DNA of 64,000 bases from Methanofollis sp. Its GTDB lineage: Archaea > Halobacteriota > Methanomicrobia > Methanomicrobiales > Methanofollaceae. The translations under genes were made by a program, and so were the position numbers. The notes below the pieces were generated by a model. The model saw only the letters and a program-made list of their open reading frames with translations. It made no database searches and was not told the origin of the DNA. This document shows positions 30,932-39,948 of the stretch, one piece after another (position 1 is the stretch's first letter; every line of letters begins with the position of its first letter). The stretch lies in the NCBI GenBank assembly GCA_028696365.1, contig JAQVHG010000001.1, forward strand, positions 2,401 to 66,400, read 5' to 3'.

Positions 30932-31197
30932 GGAGGTATCCCAAAACTCTCCGGCCCTCATCCTCGCCGATGAAGCGCGATGGATGACAATGAAGAGATC
31001 CCAGCGTTTTTCATCGCGCACCCATGCATTCCAGAGTTAAGACCATGTAGACGGGACGTAATCCTCCGCCAATCTTCATCGGCGGGGGGGTTTGGGGAGC
31101 GGCACACCCCCTGGGCGAGGAGAGCGTTGAGAATTTCAGGAAGGAAGCACTTCCGCTCGAGGAGATCTTCACCCCTGGATAGGGGTGGGATATGCAC
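30932..31197. mobile_element. Family B element
   Basis: GGAGGTATCCCAAAACTCTCC...GGGATATGCAC; reverse homolog of 10898-11240 (shared GAAGGAAGCAC block). Confidence 0.7.
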
Positions 31198-31236
31198 ACG
31201 ATAAAAAATATGAAAGACCCTCGCCTAACTACTGCT

Positions 31237-31752
31237 ATGAAACTCGTACTCGCAATCGCACCCGAAAAGTTCCGCGACGAAGAATTTGAGGTGCCGCAGC
31301 AAATCTTTTCTGAGGCAGGCATCGAGACCGTAGTCGCCTCTACCAGAGTCGGCACCTGCCAGGGAATGATCGGGGCCACGGCAGAGGCCACCTCAGCCTT
31401 CACCGACCTAAACCCCGAGGAGTACGACGGCATCGTCGTCGTCGGTGGTATCGGATCGCAAGATCACCTCTGGACTGATGCCGACCTGAAAAATTTCGTG
31501 CAGGCGTGCACAAAAGCCGGAAAAGTCGTCGCCGCGATCTGTCTCTCTCCGGCCATCCTGGCACTCGCCGGTGTCCTGGACGGGAAGAACGCCACCGTCT
31601 TCAAGAGCCCGGCCTCGGTGAAGGAGATGCAGCGAGGTGGGGCCAGACTCGTGGACGAATCTGTCGTCACCGACGGGAAGATCGTGACCGCCAACGGACC
31701 TGCGGCAGCCAGAGCATTCGCAGAGGCCGTCATCGCTGCCCTTTCACAGTAA
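31237..31752 (+). CDS. DJ-1/PfpI family protein
   Basis: FRDEEF, YDGIVVVGG, AAICLSP and VTANGP motifs; ATG 31237. Confidence 0.9.
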   Translation: MKLVLAIAPEKFRDEEFEVPQQIFSEAGIETVVASTRVGTCQGMIGATAEATSAFTDLNPEEYDGIVVVGGIGSQDHLWTDADLKNFVQACTKAGKVVAAICLSPAILALAGVLDGKNATVFKSPASVKEMQRGGARLVDESVVTDGKIVTANGPAAARAFAEAVIAALSQ

Positions 31753-31931
31753 AATAAGGTGGAGAGTGTTCCTTCATCTAGTAACCCACACCTTCTTTTT
31801 ATCTCACCAATAATATTATTATATCACACACGCCACCTTGATCAGGCGGCATTTCTGGATTTGCATATTACAGAAGGCATATATGCATTGCTAGTCATCA
31901 AAACCTATTCTGACACGGGAGATGGTATACA

Positions 31932-34900
31932 TTGGAAAGTTCAAAGTCAAACCCCTCAGATTCTGAGACCTCGCTCCTCTCCCTGGCCATGGACCAGAGC
32001 GGGGACGGTGTCCTCATCATCGATCAGGAAGGCTCGATCATCTATGCCAACGACATCTTTGGCAGGTTGTTTGGGTTTGCGCCTGAGGATCTTACCGGGC
32101 GCAGCGCCCTCGAGATGCTGGAGACGGAACTCTCCCCCCTCTTCGAGGACCAGACCAACTTCTGGAACCTGATCGAGTCGGTGTACCGAAAAGAACGCGA
32201 CACCGAGAGTACCACATGGACCCTCACCGGTCCAGTCCCCCGTGGAGTGACCTACTCCAGTCACCTGATCAGGAACGGGCAACTCAAAGGAGTGCGGATC
32301 GACCTCTTCCGTGACACTTCTGAGAAAAAGAAAGCAGAATCTGTGATGAAGTTCAGTGAAAAGCGTCATCACGCACTGGTCTCATCGTCTACGGCCCCCT
32401 GTTGCACCACCTCTCCCAGCTTCAGGATCACCTCCGCAAACGAGGCATTCTACGATTTCTTTAATGTTGAGAAGAGAGAAGAACAGTCAATCTCGGATTT
32501 TCTTCCACCAGAATGCGCCGAGCAGGTGAAAACAGCACTCCAGACACTCAACGTCGACAATCCTCAACTTCAGATCGACAATGGGGACAACAGGTGGATC
32601 GTCAACGGCATCTTTACCGACAAAGGAACTCTCACTGAGATCCTCTGGGTGTGGCAGGAAGACTGGTTCAAGGCAGGTGAACGGGCAAAGAAGATCAGGT
32701 GCTTGTACAGTTTCGTGCACCTCCTTCACAACGACGAATATTCAGAGCACGAGACCCTCACACGGGGCGCGGAGATGATCTTCGAGTCAGTGCCATGGAT
32801 CTACGCCCTCTCGATCTCAATCCCACACCGCCTCCTGGTGACCACAGGTAACCTGGACAAAGGTATACAGACATCTTTCTCTATCGACATCGGGAACGGG
32901 CAGAGAGGAGAGGTGACGATCTGGCACCAGGAAGGAGAGCGGAACGTATCCACTCCGTCCTTCTTCCTTCTCACCATCGTCGACGAGATCACTCTCTACC
33001 TCAGGAACAAAACTGCACAAAAATCTGCCGAACGTTCCCAGGTCACCTACCAGACACTCTTCGAGACGACCGGCACCGCGTCATTCCTCCTTGGACCTGA
33101 AATGCGGATCTGCATGGCAAACCGTGAGTTCTCCCATATGTTCGGCTACGCCGAAGACGAGATCAAGGACGGCATGTGCTGGCTCTCGTGCGTGGAAGAG
33201 GACGACCAGGCCATGGTCATGCACTTCCATCAGGCTCGACTGAAAGACCCTGAACACACGCCAAAGACCTACGAATGCCGCGCCTATGCAAAAGATGGAT
33301 CCCCGCGCGACGTGATCGTCAACGTTTCCCTGGTCCCAGGCACTGCCCTCTCGGTCATCTCGCTCATCGACATCACCTCCAAAAAAGAGACCGAACACGA
33401 ACTCAGGAAGAGCGAACACCGCTATCGGCTCATCACCGAGAACGCGACCGACGTGATCTTCACCTTGAATGCCGACCTGCAGTTCACCTATGTGAGCCCT
33501 TCGATCGAGCGCCTCACCGGGATCCCAGGCTCAAGAATCATCTCCAGATCAATCGCCGATCTTCTCACCCCAGAATCATTTGCCAGATTCCACGACGCAG
33601 CCATCGAAGTGTCGGCACCGTTTGGAGATCCTGACGATGACTCGGTTTACTCAAAGATCTTTGAGATCGAGGCGGCCCGGAGAGACGGCACCTCTCTCTG
33701 GATGGAGGTGCGGATCAACCCCCTCCATGACGCTGAAGAGGGGATATCAGACGGCGTGATGGGGGTGATGCGAGACATCAGCGACCGCAAACAGGTGGAA
33801 GAACGGGAAACCCAGTACATCAGGGAACTCTCCTTCCTGTCCAGCGCGGCGATGGGCTTCGTCGACCTCCCGCCTGAGGACGAGATCTACCGGTTCATCG
33901 GCGAACATCTCTGCAGTTTCTTCGATGAGGTGCTCACATTTGTGGCGCAGTACGATAGTCTTGAGCAGAAGCTCACCTTCAGGGCAGTCTCAGGGGTCGA
34001 CGAGGACACCAACCAGGGGCTGTACTCCATGGCACGGGGTTGCATGGGGTCGACCATATCCATTCCTGAAAGTTTGTACGATAGTCTCCTCGACGGTGTG
34101 CTCAAAACCCTTGATCGCGAGGCAGCTCTCTCGTTCCTTCCAGGACAGGTAAAGGCCACCGCAGAGATGTATATGCACGGGATCCCAGGTTCGGTGCACG
34201 TGATCGGGATCGCACGAAGCGACACCCTGTTTGGATGTGCGGTCCTGGTCCAGCGGGACGATACATTCCTGGAGGCCCAGTCCACCATCGAAACCTTTGT
34301 AAATCTCTCTTCGGTTGCTCTTCAGAGGAGAATCCTGGAAATGGAACTTGAGTCGACCAAGTCCCGCCTTCAGCATATCCTCTCGTCAAGCCCGGTCATG
34401 ATCTTCTCTCTTGACCCGCCACGAGAGCCGGGGAGCACAGGCCTGATCACCTATGTGACCGAAAATATCACCGCGCTCCTTGGCTACGAGCCAGAAGAGG
34501 TGATCTATGACTCGACGTTCTGGAACACCACCATCCATCCCTCAGATCGCCGGCGGATCAAGGACGATGAGTTCCCCGCACTCCTTGAAGAAGGCCATAA
34601 GGTTCTTGAATTCAGGATGCGCCACAAAGACGGCAAATATCGGTGGCTCCACTTTGAGGTGCGAGTGACCAGGGACGATGACGGGAACCCCACCGAGGTG
34701 ATCGGGTCTGCGATCGATATCTCTGAGCGCAAGCGGATCGAGGAGGCACTCAGGATCATGGACAGTGCCATCACCTCTTCGATCAACGCGATCACCATCA
34801 CTGACCTAGAAGGAGAGTTGGTCTTTGCAAATGACTCGGCGCTCAAATTCTGGGGGTATGACGAGGTGAAGAAAGTGGCGGGCAAGCCCCTTGAACGATT

Positions 34901-37115
34901 CTGGCAGCCTAAGAAGAAGGTGGCGACAGTCCTTGAACGGATCGAGAGAGACGGGGGCTGGATGGGCGAACTTGTCGGGAAGAAAAAAGGAGGCAAGAAG
35001 TTCCATGCCAGTGTTTCGGCGAGTATGGTCACCGACGAGGAAGGCGACCCTCTCTGCATGATGTTCTCCTTCATAGACATCACCGAGCGGACTGAGATCG
35101 AGGAAGAACTGGCAAAGTATCGTACACACCTAGAAGAGATCGTCCTTGAACGGACAAAGAAACTGACCGAGACAAACAAACGGCTCCGTGCTGAGGTTAA
35201 GGTCAGGAAAGAGGCGGAGGAGCATATCAGGGCGCTCAGCACGTTCAGGGAGAGTGTCATCGAGAACGCCACTATGCTCCTTGCGGTCACCGACAGCGAG
35301 GGGCGAGTGAGTGTCTGGAACCGGGCGGCTGAGGAGGTCACCGGGTATGCAAGAGAAGAGGTGGTCGGAGGTGCCGAGATCTGGGATACCCTTGTCCCTG
35401 ACCCTGTGACCAGGAAGAAGGTCCTGAAGGTGGTGCGAGGTGAGTGCACCGGGTCGGACACGGTTGAGAACCTCGAATTCACAGTCCAGGCCAGGGACGG
35501 GGAAGAGAAGGTTCTCCACTGGAATGCACGTCTCCTCAGGGATGACGACGACCGTCTCCAGGGCGTGGTCACCCTTGCCGAGGACATCACCAGGCGCAAG
35601 AGGATGGAGGAAGAGATCAAGGCAAGCGAGGCGCGGTATCGTGGGGTGGTTGAGGACCAAACCGAATGGATCTGCCGCTTCAGGCCCGACATGAAGGTGA
35701 CCTTCGTCAACGAGGCGTTCTGCAGGTCGTTTGGTATTTCAAGGGAGGAAGTGCTCTCCTCCACCATCGATGCCGTCCTCCCAGAATGGTTTGCCGACTT
35801 CTTCCCCTCGGCCGGGGAGCACCCTGATCTCGGACGGCAGAACTTCACTGTGGAAGGCAAAGTGAAAGCGAAGGACGAAGAGGAGACCTGGCACCAGTGG
35901 ACTGTGAGGGCGATCTCCGCCCCTAATGGGTTGGTCACCGAATACCAGGTGGTAGGCAGGGATATCACCCTGGTGAAGAAGGCGGAAGAGGAGTTTATCA
36001 GGACCGAGAAACTTCTCTCCCTCTCTGATCTTGCGGGAGGGATCGCCCACGACTTCAACAATATTCTCACCTCAGTGATGGGCAACATCAATCTTGCCAA
36101 GATGAAGGTCTCGCCTGACGACTTTGTCTACCAGCGTCTGACCGAGGCGGAAGCGGCGACGATGAAGGCGGGAGACATCACTCGCCAGCTCTTCAGTTTC
36201 TCAGATCTCTCTGAGCCTGAGAAGGAGACGGTCGATATCACCGACCTGGTCCATGAGGCCGCGAGTTATGCCCTGCGCGGCTCGAAGTGCAAGTGCCGGT
36301 TCGCCCTTGAGCCTGAACCGATGGCAGTGATGGGCGACGCCGCCCAGATCCTCCAAGTCTTGCATGCTCTCATCATCAATGCCGACCAGGCGATGCCTGA
36401 GGGAGGGACGGTGACCATCGGTGCGGGGCCGGTGGAGGTCTCTGGGAACGATCCGATCCCGATCCCGAAGGGGCGCTATATCAGGGTCTCGGTGGAGGAT
36501 CACGGTGTGGGGATCAAGCCCGAGTATATGGGTCGCATCTTTGACCCCTATTTCACTACCAAGAAACATGGGTCAGGGATCGGACTGGCAATGGCCCTCC
36601 CGATCATCAAGAACCACGGCGGGTGGATGGACGTGGCGTCAGAGCCCGGGCAAGGGACGACGTTCTCCATTTATTTGCCTGCAACGGTAAATGATGGGTG
36701 TGAACAGATGACACCTGTAGCGATCACTGGCGTGGGGTCTGGCTCTATTCTCTTGATGGACGATGAGGTCGGGATCCTGGAGACGACAAGCGACATTCTC
36801 AGGCATCTGGGGTACACGGTGGCGACGGCGCAGGACGGCGAGGCGGCGGTGGACGCGTTCGCCAGAGCGCAGGAGTCGGGCAAGCCTTTCGACGGGGTCA
36901 TCCTTGACCTGACGGTGCCGGGAAAGATGGGCGGCCTTGAGACGATGGAGAAACTCAGAGAACTTGACCCCAGGGTGCGGGTGATCGTGTCGAGTGGGTA
37001 TCTCAATGACCCGATCATCAAGAACCCGGGTAAGTACGGATTTTATAAGAGTATCGGGAAGCCGTACCTCCTTGAAGAGTTGAACAGGATCCTCCAGGAT
37101 CTCCTCAACCATTAA
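31932..37115 (+). CDS. Hybrid sensor histidine kinase: multiple PAS/PAC, GAF-like segment, HisKA, HATPase, receiver
   Basis: GIAHDFNNIL H-box, FDPYFTTK..GSGIGL, receiver ILLMDDE...ILDLTVPG; TTG start. Confidence 0.93.
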   Translation: MESSKSNPSDSETSLLSLAMDQSGDGVLIIDQEGSIIYANDIFGRLFGFAPEDLTGRSALEMLETELSPLFEDQTNFWNLIESVYRKERDTESTTWTLTGPVPRGVTYSSHLIRNGQLKGVRIDLFRDTSEKKKAESVMKFSEKRHHALVSSSTAPCCTTSPSFRITSANEAFYDFFNVEKREEQSISDFLPPECAEQVKTALQTLNVDNPQLQIDNGDNRWIVNGIFTDKGTLTEILWVWQEDWFKAGERAKKIRCLYSFVHLLHNDEYSEHETLTRGAEMIFESVPWIYALSISIPHRLLVTTGNLDKGIQTSFSIDIGNGQRGEVTIWHQEGERNVSTPSFFLLTIVDEITLYLRNKTAQKSAERSQVTYQTLFETTGTASFLLGPEMRICMANREFSHMFGYAEDEIKDGMCWLSCVEEDDQAMVMHFHQARLKDPEHTPKTYECRAYAKDGSPRDVIVNVSLVPGTALSVISLIDITSKKETEHELRKSEHRYRLITENATDVIFTLNADLQFTYVSPSIERLTGIPGSRIISRSIADLLTPESFARFHDAAIEVSAPFGDPDDDSVYSKIFEIEAARRDGTSLWMEVRINPLHDAEEGISDGVMGVMRDISDRKQVEERETQYIRELSFLSSAAMGFVDLPPEDEIYRFIGEHLCSFFDEVLTFVAQYDSLEQKLTFRAVSGVDEDTNQGLYSMARGCMGSTISIPESLYDSLLDGVLKTLDREAALSFLPGQVKATAEMYMHGIPGSVHVIGIARSDTLFGCAVLVQRDDTFLEAQSTIETFVNLSSVALQRRILEMELESTKSRLQHILSSSPVMIFSLDPPREPGSTGLITYVTENITALLGYEPEEVIYDSTFWNTTIHPSDRRRIKDDEFPALLEEGHKVLEFRMRHKDGKYRWLHFEVRVTRDDDGNPTEVIGSAIDISERKRIEEALRIMDSAITSSINAITITDLEGELVFANDSALKFWGYDEVKKVAGKPLERFWQPKKKVATVLERIERDGGWMGELVGKKKGGKKFHASVSASMVTDEEGDPLCMMFSFIDITERTEIEEELAKYRTHLEEIVLERTKKLTETNKRLRAEVKVRKEAEEHIRALSTFRESVIENATMLLAVTDSEGRVSVWNRAAEEVTGYAREEVVGGAEIWDTLVPDPVTRKKVLKVVRGECTGSDTVENLEFTVQARDGEEKVLHWNARLLRDDDDRLQGVVTLAEDITRRKRMEEEIKASEARYRGVVEDQTEWICRFRPDMKVTFVNEAFCRSFGISREEVLSSTIDAVLPEWFADFFPSAGEHPDLGRQNFTVEGKVKAKDEEETWHQWTVRAISAPNGLVTEYQVVGRDITLVKKAEEEFIRTEKLLSLSDLAGGIAHDFNNILTSVMGNINLAKMKVSPDDFVYQRLTEAEAATMKAGDITRQLFSFSDLSEPEKETVDITDLVHEAASYALRGSKCKCRFALEPEPMAVMGDAAQILQVLHALIINADQAMPEGGTVTIGAGPVEVSGNDPIPIPKGRYIRVSVEDHGVGIKPEYMGRIFDPYFTTKKHGSGIGLAMALPIIKNHGGWMDVASEPGQGTTFSIYLPATVNDGCEQMTPVAITGVGSGSILLMDDEVGILETTSDILRHLGYTVATAQDGEAAVDAFARAQESGKPFDGVILDLTVPGKMGGLETMEKLRELDPRVRVIVSSGYLNDPIIKNPGKYGFYKSIGKPYLLEELNRILQDLLNH

Positions 37116-37124
37116 GATTTTTTT

Positions 37125-37460
37125 GGCTTTGTAGAAAACCTCACCTATTCTTGGTGTGAGCGCGACTCATCCGCCTTCCCCTCTCTTGTGTCGGGGGCGC
37201 TGCCCCCGGACCCCCCGAGATGAAGATAGGGTCAGGAAGGCACAATAGACAAACATGAGGGACTGCCGTCCTCGATCAATCGTGCGGCGGGGGGTCCGGG
37301 GGGCGGCACACCCTCCGCCAGAGAGATTCATCAAAAGGATTTACCATGAAAATGATCCTGGCGATCTATCCTGGAAGTTTGTATGATGATTTCTCCTCCC
37401 CAGGATCCTCCATACCTGATATACGAAATACAGAAACTCTTTCAGAATGATCAGCCATCC
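37125..37460 (+). mobile_element. Family A element whose right TIR is replaced by module F
   Basis: GGCTTTGTAGAAA start; 37343-37460 resembles 47093-47206 and 29880-29935. Confidence 0.7.
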
Positions 37461-37479
37461 TCAGCGCAGAACCTTCACC

Positions 37480-37524
37480 GTCGTCTCGAGCGGGGTCGTC
37501 TCGAGCGGGGTCGTCTCGAGCAGG
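37480..37524. repeat. Tandem repeat, 3 x 15 bp (GTCGTCTCGAGCGGG)
   Basis: Read directly; the third copy has one mismatch. Confidence 0.9.
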
Positions 37525-37680
37525 GGGGTGCACCCCCGAACCCCCCCCACAGACAGAGGATATAATATGCAGGGCGGCAATGAGGCAGCGATCCCACAGA
37601 GTGTCCTGTTCTGAGCCTGTTATTTACTCTTTTGTTGGGTAGCCCGCCTGATCGAGACCAGACTCCCCTCCTGCCACCGC

Positions 37681-38652
37681 TCACTCGAAGCGCCAGACCG
37701 GGCCGCCCGCACGCCAGCCATTTCTCTTCCCTGTTCCTGGAGCGAGATCGGCCTGGTCGTCTGCGGCTTCCCTGAGGGTGGCGCTGGTCAGGTCGGCAAG
37801 GTGAACCATCCATGCCTCAGGGGTCTGGCAGGGCACCTCGCCGTGCGGGCCGTGGTGGGACTGGAGGATGTGGAGAAGGTGGGCGGCCTTCTCAGGGGGC
37901 AGGCGTTTTGCAAACGGCGCGATGTAGGAGACCCCGAGAGTGACATGGCCGATGAGATCGTACTCGGGCCGCGCCGCAAACCCGAGCCCCTGCTCCTCGA
38001 AGCAGAAAGCCTTCCCGATATCGTGGAGGAGAGCGCCGGCGATGACCAGGTCGCGGTCGGCGTCGATCCCGACCCGTGTGGCGTCGCAGGCCGCCAGTGC
38101 GATCCTGGCGGTCTCAAGGGTGTGTTCTGCAAGCCCCCCCCTGTATTCGTGGTGCCTCCCCTTTGCCGCAGGTTTGATGAAGAACCCGTCGACCGACGAG
38201 ATCGCCTCAAGCACCAGGTGCCTGAGTTCAGGGTCCGAGATCTCGTTGGCCATCCTGAAGATCCCGCCTTTCAGGTCCAGGCCCTTGACCGGCGATGTGA
38301 GATAGTCCTCTGGATCGAGGGGCGTCGAAGGGACCGGTTCGGCAAAGTCGGCGATCCCCTCGTTCACCGAGACCTGCATCGAACCATTGTAGGTCTTCGC
38401 ATTCCCTCTCACCCGGTAGACCGCGCCGACCTGCAGGGAGGAAGCCGTCTCTGTGACCTGGTCCGCGCACCCCTGCACCCCCCAGAGAAAGCACGAGAGC
38501 GTGCCGGTGACATCGCCGATCTCAGCCCTGACATACGGACTCCCGTCCTTCTTCTGCTTCACCTCGAAGATCTTGAGGAGAAAGAGGTCGTCCACCTTCT
38601 CGCCGTCGGTGATCTCTGCTGCAAACTTCTGTTTCACGCACCTATCGTTCAT
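37681..38652 (-). CDS. OB-fold plus HD-domain nuclease (YhaM/Cbf1-like)
   Basis: N-terminal OB fold; HH.Y.GGL.EH, LLHDIGK, SHHG and VHLAD motifs. Confidence 0.88.
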   Translation of the reverse strand: MNDRCVKQKFAAEITDGEKVDDLFLLKIFEVKQKKDGSPYVRAEIGDVTGTLSCFLWGVQGCADQVTETASSLQVGAVYRVRGNAKTYNGSMQVSVNEGIADFAEPVPSTPLDPEDYLTSPVKGLDLKGGIFRMANEISDPELRHLVLEAISSVDGFFIKPAAKGRHHEYRGGLAEHTLETARIALAACDATRVGIDADRDLVIAGALLHDIGKAFCFEEQGLGFAARPEYDLIGHVTLGVSYIAPFAKRLPPEKAAHLLHILQSHHGPHGEVPCQTPEAWMVHLADLTSATLREAADDQADLAPGTGKRNGWRAGGPVWRFE

Positions 38653-38664
38653 CCTATCTCTTCC

Positions 38665-39948
38665 TCAGAACTCGACCTCGAAGAAGGCCTCTTCTTCTTC
38701 GTTCAGTTCCTGTTTTACCTTTCCGGCATCGAAGGCATAGGCCTGTGCCGGGTCGTACTCGGTATAGAGCTCGCACTTATCCAGGAGATCAACGAACTCG
38801 CGCAGGAAGACCCGCGGGATGACATCCACTCGCCCGCCAAAGCGCGAGGTGACCCTGTCGATCATCCCCCTGACAAATCGGTGCGAGATCCGTTCCCTGT
38901 CCACCGGACCATAGGCGTCAGAGTAGACCTCGCAGACTTTCTGAGCGGCCGCCTCGAGTTTTGGCCTGTCAAAGGGGGAGAGTTCGATCTGGGTCTGGAG
39001 GGGGTTGGTATACCCGTCGTCCCCGACGACCTTCAGCCGGCCGTACAGCGGCGGGAGCGACCTGATCCCCTTCGAGCCCTCGAAGAAGGCCGGCGTCCCG
39101 GTGAAGAGGAAATAGCAGTAAGGCATCTGGCCGCGGTCGACAGCGTCGACGATCTGGCGGAGGTTGTTGTAGCCTCGCTGCCGCAGGTTGGAGGGGAGGG
39201 CCTGGACGGTCTCGACCTCGTCGACAGCCACGGCAAGCCCGCGGTATCCGGCCCCCCTGATCACCCGCACGATCCCCTGGAGGAAGACCAGGGCCGAGAC
39301 CTCGTCCACCTCTCCCTTCACCCCAGCCGCCCGGCGAAAGTCGCGGCCGATATGAGGCTCGCCCGAGAGCCAGCCGAGCGCCGCCTGGGCGAGCTGGAAC
39401 TCTCCGGCGTTGTTGGCGGTATAATAGACCCGCAACGCCGCCGCCAGCGCCGGGTTCACCGTCGAGATGTCAGTGAGCGCCTCCTCGATCCGCGCCACCG
39501 TCCCGGCCTCCAGAACCTCGTCCTCCTCGGTCTTCTCGACGTCGATGATCTGCTCCTCGATCGAGAAGGTCCAGTTGTCGATGATCTCCTTGAGGGCGTT
39601 CTCGTGCTCGGCCGTCCGCAGGGACAAGATGATCCGGTAATAGAGGGCGCTCAACTTATGAAGCGGGGTGTCGGCCGAGATCATCACGTGGGCGGTTGCA
39701 TATCCCTGCTCCCGTGCAATCTCGAGTGCCCGCGCCACCAGGAAGGTCTTCCCGCTCCCATAGTCCCCGCGCACGAACTTGACATCGGCCCCACCAGTGG
39801 CGACATATTCGAGTTGCTCGCCGATCACCCGCCCTTCGACCTCGAGCCCGACCGCAAGCCGTTCGAGCCCCGCAGCCGGGACTGTGCCCCGCCTGAGGGC
39901 GTTGATGATCCCGATACTTTCAGCCTTCTTCTCGTCCATCCTCTTCAC
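38665..39948 (-). CDS. BrxD/DUF2791-like P-loop ATPase
   Basis: IINALRRGTVP..GL..LAVG, Walker A GDYGSGKT, Walker B VAVDEVE, L.PLY.RL; GTG 39948 or ATG 39939. Confidence 0.85.
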   Translation of the reverse strand: MKRMDEKKAESIGIINALRRGTVPAAGLERLAVGLEVEGRVIGEQLEYVATGGADVKFVRGDYGSGKTFLVARALEIAREQGYATAHVMISADTPLHKLSALYYRIILSLRTAEHENALKEIIDNWTFSIEEQIIDVEKTEEDEVLEAGTVARIEEALTDISTVNPALAAALRVYYTANNAGEFQLAQAALGWLSGEPHIGRDFRRAAGVKGEVDEVSALVFLQGIVRVIRGAGYRGLAVAVDEVETVQALPSNLRQRGYNNLRQIVDAVDRGQMPYCYFLFTGTPAFFEGSKGIRSLPPLYGRLKVVGDDGYTNPLQTQIELSPFDRPKLEAAAQKVCEVYSDAYGPVDRERISHRFVRGMIDRVTSRFGGRVDVIPRVFLREFVDLLDKCELYTEYDPAQAYAFDAGKVKQELNEEEEAFFEVEF

